From Planctomycetota bacterium (GTDB taxonomy: Bacteria; Planctomycetota; B15-G4; SIAN01): a stretch of DNA of 64,000 nt. A model generated the notes under the pieces. That model saw only the letters and a program-made list of their open reading frames with translations. It was not told the DNA's origin and did no database searches. The stretch covers positions 128,001 to 192,000 of the forward strand of contig JANNXA010000055.1 of the NCBI GenBank assembly GCA_031409275.1, read 5' to 3'. Positions 55,636 through 64,000 of this stretch are shown piece by piece. The position numbers and the translations under genes are program-made. How positions within the stretch are numbered: position 1 is the stretch's first letter; the number at the start of each line of letters is the position of its first letter.

Positions 55636-57468
55636 ATGCAGTCCTCGCGGGCGCCTCTTTGCGTCTTCTTTGCGGCGTTCATCACGTTCGCCATCGCCTT
55701 CTCGTCGCTGTTGGCGCTGCTCAAGCCGCGCCTCGAACAGCGTCATCGTGACGAACAGGCGAAGCACGCGGAGCCGCCCCACCCGAAGGACGCGGCCGTC
55801 AGTGCTTCGCTCGGCGCCATGGCTCACGGTGGGCGGCCGCCGGGCACCGCTCGGCCGACTTCGCTGCGCGCGATCGGTCGCGTCGTCGACGCTCGTGGCG
55901 CACCGATCGCCGGTGCCACCGTCGTCTTCACCGATCCTTCCACCAACGTGGTCGCCACCTGCAGCAGCGATGAAAGCGGCCAGTTCGACGCGTCGTTCGC
56001 GGCGACGCCGGATTTGAACGCCAGCGCTTCAGCGGCGGGCTACCAGAGCAGCACACCTTCCCCGCTGCCAGGCGATTCCGCGCTCCAGCAGATCGGCGAT
56101 CTCGTGCTGCGCGACGGCGGTGCCGTGCGCCTGCGCATCAGCGGCGATGCCGCCGGTGCGATCCAGAACGCGACGGTCACCTTGCTGCCGATGGGCGAGG
56201 GCGATGCTGCAGCGCTGGCGCAAGCGCACAGCAGCGCCGACGGCAGCGCGATCCTGCGCGGGATCGACTGCGGCAGCTACCGGCTCCGGATCGAGGCGGA
56301 AGGCCATGCGCGCGCCGAACGCAACTGGCGATTCGACGGGATCGGCCGCGCCGGCACCGACGAACTCGCCTTCGTCCTGCTACCGCTGACCAGCTACGTC
56401 AGCGGCACCGCCAACGACTCCACTGCGGAAGCGATCGATCGCGGCGAAGTGGTCGCACGCCTCGTCCGTCCTGATCCGCCGTCGTCGCAGACCTGGCGCA
56501 GCGAGCTGGCCGGAGACGGCGCCTTCCGGATCGGACCGCTTCCGCGCGGCACCTACGAAGTGCATCTGCAGGTCGATGGCATGGTGCAGCAAGGTCACCT
56601 CTACGCCGAAGCGGATGGTGAACCGATCGAGATCGTCGCCGGCCACGGCGGTTCGCTGCACGGCCGCTTCGACGATGACTTCCCGCTCAGCCAGGCGCCG
56701 ACGCTCTCCTTGTGGAAGCTCGACCGCGCCGGCCAAGCGCAGCCGCTCGAACTCGAGAAACCTGCCGTCGTCGATCTGGCCACTCGCGAGTTCCGTCTCG
56801 ATGGCGTCGCGCCCGGGCGCTACGTGCTGCGCGGCGTCGCCGATGGGTACGCCCCGACGCGGACCGATCCGTTCGAGTTGGCGATCGCCTCGGCGCCCGA
56901 TGCGGTGCTGCTGCGTTTCGGCGGCGGCGGTGCGGTGACGGGCACGCTCGTCGACCATCGAGGAGCGCCGTTGCGCGGCGCACGCGTGACCTTGTTCGAG
57001 GGCATGGCGCCGCCACCGGCCGCGTGGGCCTCGACGTTCCCGCACGACGCCCACAGCGAGGTCGCCACCGATGGCGATGGGCGCTTCAGCTTGAGCATGC
57101 TCGCGCCCGGAAGCCAGGTCGCGGTCTTCGAGGCGGCGGGCCAGCCGCCGCGCAGCTTCGGCCCGCTGTGGGTCGCGGAAGGCGTCACCACCGCGCTGCC
57201 GGAACTCTCGATCGCCGGCGGGACGGTGCTGTCGATCACGCTTCACGACGGCGCCGGGACCGTTGCCGCGAGCGGCCGCGTCCGCGTCAGCTCCACGGAG
57301 CTCGGCGTCGACGTGACCACGATCGCCGACGAGCAGGGCAACGTCTGCTTGCGCGGGATGCCGGCCGGCAAGTACTGGCTGACGCCCTGCGATGGCAGCG
57401 AGCCGCGCGAAGTCACGCTGACCACCGGCGAGACGCTGCGCTGCGAACTGCTCCACAGCTCGCGCTGA
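55636..57468 (+). CDS. Membrane-anchored protein with carboxypeptidase regulatory-like repeats
   Basis: N-terminal TM; repeated GRVVDARGAPIAGATV / GTLVDHRGAPLRGARV / TDGDGRF / PGRY motifs. Confidence 0.85.
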   Translation: MQSSRAPLCVFFAAFITFAIAFSSLLALLKPRLEQRHRDEQAKHAEPPHPKDAAVSASLGAMAHGGRPPGTARPTSLRAIGRVVDARGAPIAGATVVFTDPSTNVVATCSSDESGQFDASFAATPDLNASASAAGYQSSTPSPLPGDSALQQIGDLVLRDGGAVRLRISGDAAGAIQNATVTLLPMGEGDAAALAQAHSSADGSAILRGIDCGSYRLRIEAEGHARAERNWRFDGIGRAGTDELAFVLLPLTSYVSGTANDSTAEAIDRGEVVARLVRPDPPSSQTWRSELAGDGAFRIGPLPRGTYEVHLQVDGMVQQGHLYAEADGEPIEIVAGHGGSLHGRFDDDFPLSQAPTLSLWKLDRAGQAQPLELEKPAVVDLATREFRLDGVAPGRYVLRGVADGYAPTRTDPFELAIASAPDAVLLRFGGGGAVTGTLVDHRGAPLRGARVTLFEGMAPPPAAWASTFPHDAHSEVATDGDGRFSLSMLAPGSQVAVFEAAGQPPRSFGPLWVAEGVTTALPELSIAGGTVLSITLHDGAGTVAASGRVRVSSTELGVDVTTIADEQGNVCLRGMPAGKYWLTPCDGSEPREVTLTTGETLRCELLHSSR

Positions 57469-57492
57469 TCCGCCGGCTACGCTGCGGCGCGC

Positions 57493-58311
57493 ATGGAACG
57501 CGCGTCGCATGACCCGCTCGCCCCTTCGCGACCACCCTGGCGCGTGGCGAGCCTCGCCATCGCCGCCTGCGCAGCGCGGCTGCTGCTGGCGGCCGCGCCA
57601 GCGCAGGCCGACGTCGCGGCGCGCAGTGCGGCGGTCGGCGCCCTGCTGGTGCTGGGATGGCTGCCCGCCGCGCTCAGCCGTTTCGCGCGGCGAAACGACG
57701 CGGATCGCTGGCGTGCGGAGACGCGCGCGGCCTGGCTCGCGCTGGGCGTCGGGCTGCTGATGTGCGCCCTCGGGCTGGCGTTGCGCGAAGTGCTGGCGCA
57801 ACCGCAGCCTCTGCTGACGGATCGGGCACCTTGGCCGTGGGCCGAACTGGCCGCCGCGCAGGCGCTGCTCTTCTGTTCCCAACTCGTTCCGCTGCCGGGC
57901 AGCGAAGGCTCGACGCTGATCGAGGCGGCCCTTCGTCGCGGGCGTCCGCAATTGGTCGCGGCGCGACTGGTCGGCCGGTTGCGCGGCGGCGCCGTGGCGC
58001 TCGTGGCGTTGCTCCTCGCGCTCGTGCCCGGCGCTGGACGTGATCCCATCTCGCTTGCAGTCGCCGTGCTCTTCGCCGTACTCGCATGGCGAGGCGAGCG
58101 CGCTCTGTTCCAACAGGCGCTCGCGCGCGAGCAGGCGTTGCAGCTCGATGCGCGATCTCGCCCCGCGCTGCTCCAGCCGCTATCGCCCGCGCAGTTCCGC
58201 GCGTTCGCGGCGGTCGCCGCGCGAGCCTACGCCGAGGCGACGCGTGCCCGCCACAGCAGCCCGAAGCCGATCGCAAGCGCCGCCAGCAGCACGCCAACCG
58301 AGCCGGAGTAG
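57493..58311 (+). CDS. Hypothetical membrane protein
   Basis: Several hydrophobic segments; follows the previous gene on the same strand. Confidence 0.5.
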   Translation: MERASHDPLAPSRPPWRVASLAIAACAARLLLAAAPAQADVAARSAAVGALLVLGWLPAALSRFARRNDADRWRAETRAAWLALGVGLLMCALGLALREVLAQPQPLLTDRAPWPWAELAAAQALLFCSQLVPLPGSEGSTLIEAALRRGRPQLVAARLVGRLRGGAVALVALLLALVPGAGRDPISLAVAVLFAVLAWRGERALFQQALAREQALQLDARSRPALLQPLSPAQFRAFAAVAARAYAEATRARHSSPKPIASAASSTPTEPE

Positions 58312-59474
58312 CTCGCCGCACCGCTCGCGACCCCTCGATCGACCAGCGCCGTGAAGGGAAACAGCGTCAGCAGCGAGGCGCGTTGTGCGAGCCCGTAGAC
58401 GCCGAAGGCCTCCCCGAGCTCCGCGCGCGGCACCATCTGCACCAGCCAATGGCGGCTCGCCGCCCAGATGCCCGCGAGACCGGCGCCGCCAAGCGTGCCG
58501 ATGGCGGCGACGCGCACGCCCCACCACGGCGCGAACTGCGCGATGAGCAGCCCGAGGAACAGCAAGGCGACCGCCAGCAGCGTCGTGCGCCGGCCGCCGC
58601 GACGATCGCTCTCACGGCCGAGGACGAAGCCCCCGACGATGCAGGAAAGCTGGATGCCGAGCAGGAACAGCGTGACGCCATGCGAGCTCAGCGCCAACCC
58701 TTCGCGACGCGCCGCATAGCGGGCCACCTGCGCCAACACGGTGTTGACGCTGTCGCAGACGAAGAAGATCCCGAAGAAGAACGCGCGCCGTTCGCGCGGC
58801 GCGAGCTGGCGACGCAACGCCGCGAAGCCCTCGCGAAACGAAAGCAGGAGCAGCGCGCGCGCCGTCAGCGGTGCGGCGAGTGGGCGCGACGCCGGCTGCT
58901 CGACGACGCAGAAACGCATCGGCAGCGTGAAGATCAGGAAGAGCGCCGCCGCCAGCAGGTAGAGCGCGCCGTAGCCGCTTTGGTCGAGGTCGAACGCGAG
59001 GATCAGCCCGAACGCGAAGAGGTTGCCGAGGTAGCCGAGCGCGACACCGGCTCCTGACGCGGCGCCGACGGCCTCGACGCCGACCAATCCGGGCAGCAGC
59101 GCGTTGTACGGCACCGCCGCCATCTCGTAGCAGAAGCGCGCCACGACGTAGAGCAGCATCAGCGCCAGCGCGCCGTGCGCCGCCGCCATCGCCGTCGTCG
59201 CCGCGCAGCACGCGAGCGTCAACGCGAACGTGAGGGAGCGGGCGCGGCCGATGCGATCGACGAGTGCGCCGAGCGCCGGCGAGAGCAGCGCGGAGAGCAG
59301 CATCGCGGGGACGTACGCCAGCGCGACCGCGGACTCGCTTCCGGTCTGCAGCGCGAGCTGCTCGGGGAAGTAGCGCGTGGCGACCAGCAGGAAGAAGACG
59401 GTGTTCGCGAGGTCGTAGAGCGACCATGCCAGGAGCGCACGGCGCGGCGACGTTGGATGGGCGGGAGCGGTCAC
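58227..59474 (-). CDS. MFS transporter (UMF1/Atg22-like)
   Basis: AWSLYDLANT, PALGALVD, YNALLP, GVALGYLG, EAFGVY. Confidence 0.88.
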   Translation of the reverse strand: MTAPAHPTSPRRALLAWSLYDLANTVFFLLVATRYFPEQLALQTGSESAVALAYVPAMLLSALLSPALGALVDRIGRARSLTFALTLACCAATTAMAAAHGALALMLLYVVARFCYEMAAVPYNALLPGLVGVEAVGAASGAGVALGYLGNLFAFGLILAFDLDQSGYGALYLLAAALFLIFTLPMRFCVVEQPASRPLAAPLTARALLLLSFREGFAALRRQLAPRERRAFFFGIFFVCDSVNTVLAQVARYAARREGLALSSHGVTLFLLGIQLSCIVGGFVLGRESDRRGGRRTTLLAVALLFLGLLIAQFAPWWGVRVAAIGTLGGAGLAGIWAASRHWLVQMVPRAELGEAFGVYGLAQRASLLTLFPFTALVDRGVASGAASYSGSVGVLLAALAIGFGLLWRARVASA

Positions 59475-59516
59475 GCCCGCATCATGGGCGCGCACCGCCG
59501 CGCTTCAACCCGGGTG

Positions 59517-59906
59517 TCAGGTCGCGCCGCTCGCCGCCTGTGTGCCAAGGTGCTTGCGGATGGTCTGGACCAGAGCTTCGGGCCGGAACGGCTTGCGGAA
59601 GTACTCCACCGCGCCGAGTTCGCGCGACTTCGAGCGCCCTTCGCGGTGCTCGCGGGCCGTGAAGACGATCACCGGGACCGGCGCGCACGCCGCGTCCGCC
59701 TTCATGCGCTCGAGCGTCTCCCAGCCGTCCATCCCCGGCATCATGATGTCGAGCAGCACGATGCCCGGCCGCTGGGCTCGCGCCTTCTCGATCCCCTCCG
59801 GGCCGGAGAGCGCCGAGTCGACGTGGAATCCTTCGGCTTCGAGGACCATCGCCGTGGACATGGCGATCCACTTGTCGTCGTCGATGATCAGCACGCTGTC
59901 GCCCAT
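59517..59906 (-). CDS. Single-domain response regulator
   Basis: VLIIDDD, LLDIMMPGMDG, FTA, KPF. Confidence 0.93.
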   Translation of the reverse strand: MGDSVLIIDDDKWIAMSTAMVLEAEGFHVDSALSGPEGIEKARAQRPGIVLLDIMMPGMDGWETLERMKADAACAPVPVIVFTAREHREGRSKSRELGAVEYFRKPFRPEALVQTIRKHLGTQAASGAT

Positions 59907-59920
59907 GTCGCTTCCCTCGC

Positions 59921-61453
59921 TCAACCTGGAACGGTGACCGGTGCCACCGGCTTGTCCTGCGCGACCGCAGCGGGCGCGATCGGCAGGCGCAACGTGAAGA
60001 TCGACCCTGCCTGCAGCGCGCTCTCGATCGCGATGGTGCCGCCGCTCGCCTCCACCATCCGCTTCGCCAGGCTCAGCCCGAGACCGGAGCCCGCGTGGGC
60101 CCGTGTCAGCGGATCTTCGAGCTGGCGGAAGCCGAGGAAGATCGTCTCGTGATGCTCGGACGCGATGCCGATCCCGCTGTCGCGCACGCGCACGACGGCC
60201 TCGTCGTCGTGCGCTTCGATCGCGATGTCGACGTTGCCGCCGGCGGGAGTGAACTTGACGGCGTTCTCGGCCACCTCCGCGAGGGCCCGCCGCAGATCGT
60301 CGGCGTTGCCGAACACCTCGAGCGTCGGGTCGAGCGTCGTGACCTCGAATTGCAGCCCCTTCTCGCGCGCCCCGATCCGGCACGGCGCGAGCGCCTCCTC
60401 GACCATCGGCGCGAGCAGGAACGGCTCGCGGACGGCAGCGCTGCCCCGCTCGAGCTCGGCGAGCAGCAGGAGCTTGTCGATCTGCCGCTCGAGCCGCAGC
60501 AGCTGCCCTTCCATCGCCGACAGCACGCGCTGCTGGCGCGGATCGAGCGGCGGTGAGCCGCGCCCGAGCACGCTGGCGAAGCTGTTCAACGCGGTGAGCG
60601 GCGTGCGCAGTTCGTGGGCGACGACGTTCAGGTAGTGGTGCTTCAGTTCCTGCACGCGCTGCTCGGCAGTGGCGTCCGCCAGCACCGCAAAGGAGCCAGC
60701 CGGACTGCCGCCCGCCGTCACGAGGGGCATGGTGCGCACGTCGGCCACTCGGCCACGACGGGACAGCTGGACCCGTTGCCGGCGCGGCGCGCACGGCTCC
60801 TGGCCAGGAGCCGCCAACAACGCGTCGCGCAGCGCCCCGTCGAGCTTCACTTCCGCGAGGACGCGACCGAGACAATCCTCGGCCGCGACTTCGAGCAGCT
60901 CGGCGGCGGCCGGGTTGAGCTGCTGCACGCGGCCATCGCGATCGAGCACGACGATGCCGTCGGCGATCGCCTGGAGGACCGCGTCGGCGCGCGACAGGCT
61001 CGCGCGATGCTGCAGCTTCGCGACCTGCGCCTCCGCGAGATCACGCTCGATCGCCGCATCGCGCTCTGCCCGCGGAGATCGCCGCGCCGCCTCGATGACC
61101 TCGGTCACCGTGGAGCGCAGCAGTTCAAGGTCGGTGAACGGCTTGCGGAGGTACGCGCCGACCCCGTTCGCCACCGCATCCGCATCGGCGACGAGCGCCG
61201 GAAAGGCCGTGATCACGATGATCCCGATGCGGTCGCCGAACTCGGCGCGCAGCTCTCGGATGAACTCGGGCCCCGACATTCCGGGCATGTGCAGATCGGT
61301 CACGACGACGTCGGGGCGGTTGCGGCGAATCGCCGGCAGCGCATGGAGAGGCGACGGGAAGATCTCGACTTCGCGTCCGGGTGAACGCAGCACGCGACGC
61401 AGGAGGGCGAGGATGCCCTCTTCATCGTCGACGATGACCACCCGTTCCAGCAT
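59921..61453 (-). CDS. Cytoplasmic histidine kinase (REC-PAS-HisKA-HATPase)
   Basis: IVDDE..TDLHMPG..KPF; DGIVVLD..NPAA; AHELRTPL; ENAVKFT, DSGIGI, GSGLGL. Confidence 0.93.
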   Translation of the reverse strand: MLERVVIVDDEEGILALLRRVLRSPGREVEIFPSPLHALPAIRRNRPDVVVTDLHMPGMSGPEFIRELRAEFGDRIGIIVITAFPALVADADAVANGVGAYLRKPFTDLELLRSTVTEVIEAARRSPRAERDAAIERDLAEAQVAKLQHRASLSRADAVLQAIADGIVVLDRDGRVQQLNPAAAELLEVAAEDCLGRVLAEVKLDGALRDALLAAPGQEPCAPRRQRVQLSRRGRVADVRTMPLVTAGGSPAGSFAVLADATAEQRVQELKHHYLNVVAHELRTPLTALNSFASVLGRGSPPLDPRQQRVLSAMEGQLLRLERQIDKLLLLAELERGSAAVREPFLLAPMVEEALAPCRIGAREKGLQFEVTTLDPTLEVFGNADDLRRALAEVAENAVKFTPAGGNVDIAIEAHDDEAVVRVRDSGIGIASEHHETIFLGFRQLEDPLTRAHAGSGLGLSLAKRMVEASGGTIAIESALQAGSIFTLRLPIAPAAVAQDKPVAPVTVPG

Positions 61454-61532
61454 GCGCGTCGCTTCTCCGCGTCCCTCTTCGGCGCATCGGCACGCGACGG
61501 CTCAGGGAATTGGGTTCCGGTCGACGCGCCGC

Positions 61533-61925
61533 TCAGGCGACGCGGGCGGGGACCTGCTTGCGAACGTCGTCCTCGGTGGCGGCGACGTGGAAGTACTCGT
61601 CGAGGTGCATCATCTGGAAGATCTTCTGCAGGAAGTGGGTGATCCCGACCAGCCAGAGCGTGCCGCCGGCGGCTTGCACCTGGTTGTGCAGCCCGATCAT
61701 CAGCCCCACCCCGCACGAGTCGACGATGCTCACCTTCTCGAGGTCGAGCACGAGCGTGCGGCCCCCCGCATCGAGCTTCTGCTGCACGACCGGGCGAAGC
61801 GACGCCTTCAGCTCGTCGGCGACGTCGTAGTTCAGGTACTTGCACAGGATCTGGATCGTCGCCGCGGGCCCGAGCGGCCAGTCGCGGACGATGTAGCGCG
61901 CGTCGCCCGCTTGATGTTCGGCCAT
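61533..61925 (-). CDS. STAS domain anti-sigma factor antagonist
   Basis: LVLDLEKVSIVDSCGVG, SpoIIAA/RsbV-like. Confidence 0.88.
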   Translation of the reverse strand: MAEHQAGDARYIVRDWPLGPAATIQILCKYLNYDVADELKASLRPVVQQKLDAGGRTLVLDLEKVSIVDSCGVGLMIGLHNQVQAAGGTLWLVGITHFLQKIFQMMHLDEYFHVAATEDDVRKQVPARVA

Positions 61926-62009
61926 TGCGATCCTCCCTCGACCACCGCTCCCTTTTCGGCGGGCGCACGGCGAGGGCTAGAGCGAAGTTCGACCGACCGG
62001 ACGCGGTTC

Positions 62010-63776
62010 TCAGCGCGGGAAGATCGAAAGTGATTCCTGACCGCACCGTTCGCCCGCCGCCGCGCGCAGCAGCGACTCCACGTCGGCGGCGCGGTCGAGG
62101 TGCAGCAGGCTCGCCATGAGGGCGCCCGCATCGGCTGCGGTGAAGTGGCGGAAGATCGTGCGCACTTCGGGCAAATGGACCGGCGACATCGAGAAACGCT
62201 TCAAGCCGAGCCCGAGCAAGGCGAGGGCGCTCAGCGCCTCGCCCGCCATCTCGCCGCAAACGGTCACCGGCTTGCCGACGGCCGCGCCGGCGGCGATCAC
62301 CTGCTCGATCAACCGCAGCGCCACCGGGTGAAGGGGCTGATAGAGGCCGGCGACCTGGAGGTTGTTGCGATCGACGGCGAAGAGGTACTGCAGGAGGTCG
62401 TTCGTACCGATCGAGATGAAGTCCGCTTCGCGGGCGAGACGTTCCGCGGCAAGGGCGGCGGCTGGCACCTCGATCATCGCGCCGAGCGGCACCTTGGCAT
62501 CGTGCGCCAGTCCCTGACGATGGAGGTCTTCGGCGAGCTCCGCGACGAGCGCGCGCGCCCGCGTCACCTCCTCCACCGTCGTGACCATCGGCAGCAGGAT
62601 CTTGAGCGGCCCGTGTGCCGCGGCGCGCAACAGCGCGCGCAGCTGCGGGATCAGCAGATCGAGCCACTCGAACGTGAGCCGGATGCCGCGCCAGCCGAGC
62701 GCCGGGTTCTGCTCACGCGGGGTGACGAGGTAGGGCAGCGGCTTGTCGCCGCCGACATCGATCGTGCGGAACGTGACTTCGCGTCCGCCGACGTGCGCGA
62801 GCACGTCCTTGTAGAAGGCGAGCTGCTCCTCTTCGGAAGGGAACGTCGAGCGCCCCATGAAGAGGAACTCGGTCCGATAGAGGCCGACGCCGTCCGCGGA
62901 ATGGAGCACCGCCGGGTCGAGGCTCTCGAAGTTCTCGACGTTGAGCAGCAGCGTCAGGTCGCGGTCGCGGCTCTGCGCGGTGACGGCGCGCTCGACGAGC
63001 CGACGGCGGCTGTCGACGAAATGCTGCCGCGATCGTTCGAGCGCACCGCGCAGCCGCGCTTGCGGCTCGAGCCAGAGTCGACCGCGCCGGCCGTCGATCC
63101 CGAGCGAGCCGCCCGGCGACAGCAACGACTCGAGCTTCTTCACTCCGCTGACCGCTGGAATGCCCGACGCACGCGCGAGGATGGCGACGTGGCTCGCCTC
63201 GCCGCCGACCTCGGTGACGATGCCGAGCAACCGACCGCGATCGAGCGTCAGCGTGTCCGACGGAAGGAGCTCGCGCGCGCACAGGATGACCGGCTGGCTA
63301 CTGACGAGCGCTTCCTGTTGGCGACTCACGAGCACCCGCAGCACGCGATTGCCGACATCGCGCACGTCGGCGGCGCGCTCCGCGTAGAGACGGTCCATGG
63401 TGGCGAAGAGCGCGGCGAGGTGGTCGATCTCGTCTTTCAGCGCCGCTTCGGCGTTCTGCGCCTGTTTGCGGATGCGCTCCTCGATCGACCCGCGCAACAG
63501 CTCATCTTCGTAGAGCGCGAGATGAGCGTCGAAGATGCGCCGCTCGTGTTCGGGAAGGCTGCCGACATGGGCGTCGCGCTGGCGACGGAACTCCTGCGCC
63601 GCCTCGCGAAACGCCTCGCGCAGGCGCGCGACCTCGCCGTCGACCGCGTCCAACTCGAGCGCTCGGCGCGGCACCTCGCCGACGTCGTTCTTGAAGTAGT
63701 AGACCGGGCCGAACGCCACGCCCGGCGAGATGCCGAGCCCCTTCACGGCTCGCCGCTGCTCGCGCGCGGCACTCAC
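62010..63776 (-). CDS. ptsI: Phosphoenolpyruvate--protein phosphotransferase (PTS enzyme I)
   Basis: [17 protein letters not shown] (phospho-His), [32 protein letters not shown]; no N-terminal GAF domain. Confidence 0.93.
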   Translation of the reverse strand: MSAAREQRRAVKGLGISPGVAFGPVYYFKNDVGEVPRRALELDAVDGEVARLREAFREAAQEFRRQRDAHVGSLPEHERRIFDAHLALYEDELLRGSIEERIRKQAQNAEAALKDEIDHLAALFATMDRLYAERAADVRDVGNRVLRVLVSRQQEALVSSQPVILCARELLPSDTLTLDRGRLLGIVTEVGGEASHVAILARASGIPAVSGVKKLESLLSPGGSLGIDGRRGRLWLEPQARLRGALERSRQHFVDSRRRLVERAVTAQSRDRDLTLLLNVENFESLDPAVLHSADGVGLYRTEFLFMGRSTFPSEEEQLAFYKDVLAHVGGREVTFRTIDVGGDKPLPYLVTPREQNPALGWRGIRLTFEWLDLLIPQLRALLRAAAHGPLKILLPMVTTVEEVTRARALVAELAEDLHRQGLAHDAKVPLGAMIEVPAAALAAERLAREADFISIGTNDLLQYLFAVDRNNLQVAGLYQPLHPVALRLIEQVIAAGAAVGKPVTVCGEMAGEALSALALLGLGLKRFSMSPVHLPEVRTIFRHFTAADAGALMASLLHLDRAADVESLLRAAAGERCGQESLSIFPR

Positions 63777-64000
63777 GAGGCGTCGCGCTTCCACGCGGCC
63801 ATCTGGTCGGCGAGGTAGTGCTCCACCTGGCCTTCGGCGATGCGCTCCTGGCGCATCGAATCGCGATGGCGCACGGTCACCGCCCCATCCTCCTTGCCCT
63901 GTCCATCGATGGTGACGCAGAAGGGGGTGCCGACCTCGTCGTTGCGGCGGTAGCGCCGGCCGATCGCGCCCGACTCGTCGTATGCGGTGGTGAAGCGACG
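63773..64000 (-). CDS. glyQS: Glycine--tRNA ligase (alpha2 type), C-terminal anticodon-binding domain; partial
   Basis: Manual translation: [40 protein letters not shown]. Confidence 0.9.
   Translation of the reverse strand, partial: RRFTTAYDESGAIGRRYRRNDEVGTPFCVTIDGQGKEDGAVTVRHRDSMRQERIAEGQVEHYLADQMAAWKRDAS

Noticed and set aside
1..64000. Many long alternative-frame and antisense ORFs (e.g. 10864-12645 +, 16340-18352 +, 30091-31917 +, 62100-63818 +)
   Set aside because: Arg/Ala-rich shadow frames of real genes, expected at this GC content; no family motifs.

Overview
A very GC-rich, gene-dense window of core bacterial chromosome. It uses the standard genetic code and most genes end in TGA. 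The gene repertoire suggests Planctomycetota/PVC (LpxC-FabZ fusion, alpha2-type GlyRS, MoxR-vWA cluster, HEAT and FGE-domain proteins, MamK-like actin), but this assignment is inference. Housekeeping content: tsf/rpsB, ileS, bamA-skp-lpxC/fabZ-lpxA, dnaB, rpsF-rpsR-rplI, tRNA-Gln-glmU-prs-rplY-pth, tatC-cinA, coaE, recG, lipB, truB, a TonB receptor/TonB pair, ptsI with a STAS/two-component block, and the end of glyQS. No CRISPR, rRNA, transposase or phage genes were seen. Two highlights stand out. (1) A candidate exported selenoprotein that the ORF track splits in two (22697-23443): signal peptide, in-frame UGA in a U-G-P-G-C motif with a SECIS-like hairpin, a Gly/Ser tether and a thioredoxin-like domain. 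(2) A possible non-magnetosome cytoskeletal module (37552-40458): a MamK-like actin translationally coupled to an unknown coiled-coil protein, divergent from an orphan BY-kinase. Also notable are a membrane-anchored coiled-coil/BRCT protein coupled to tatC, a GVHH-type IleRS2, and two genes that appear to use non-canonical starts (ATT, CTG). All calls come from reading motifs by eye; no searches were run, and many start codons are best guesses.
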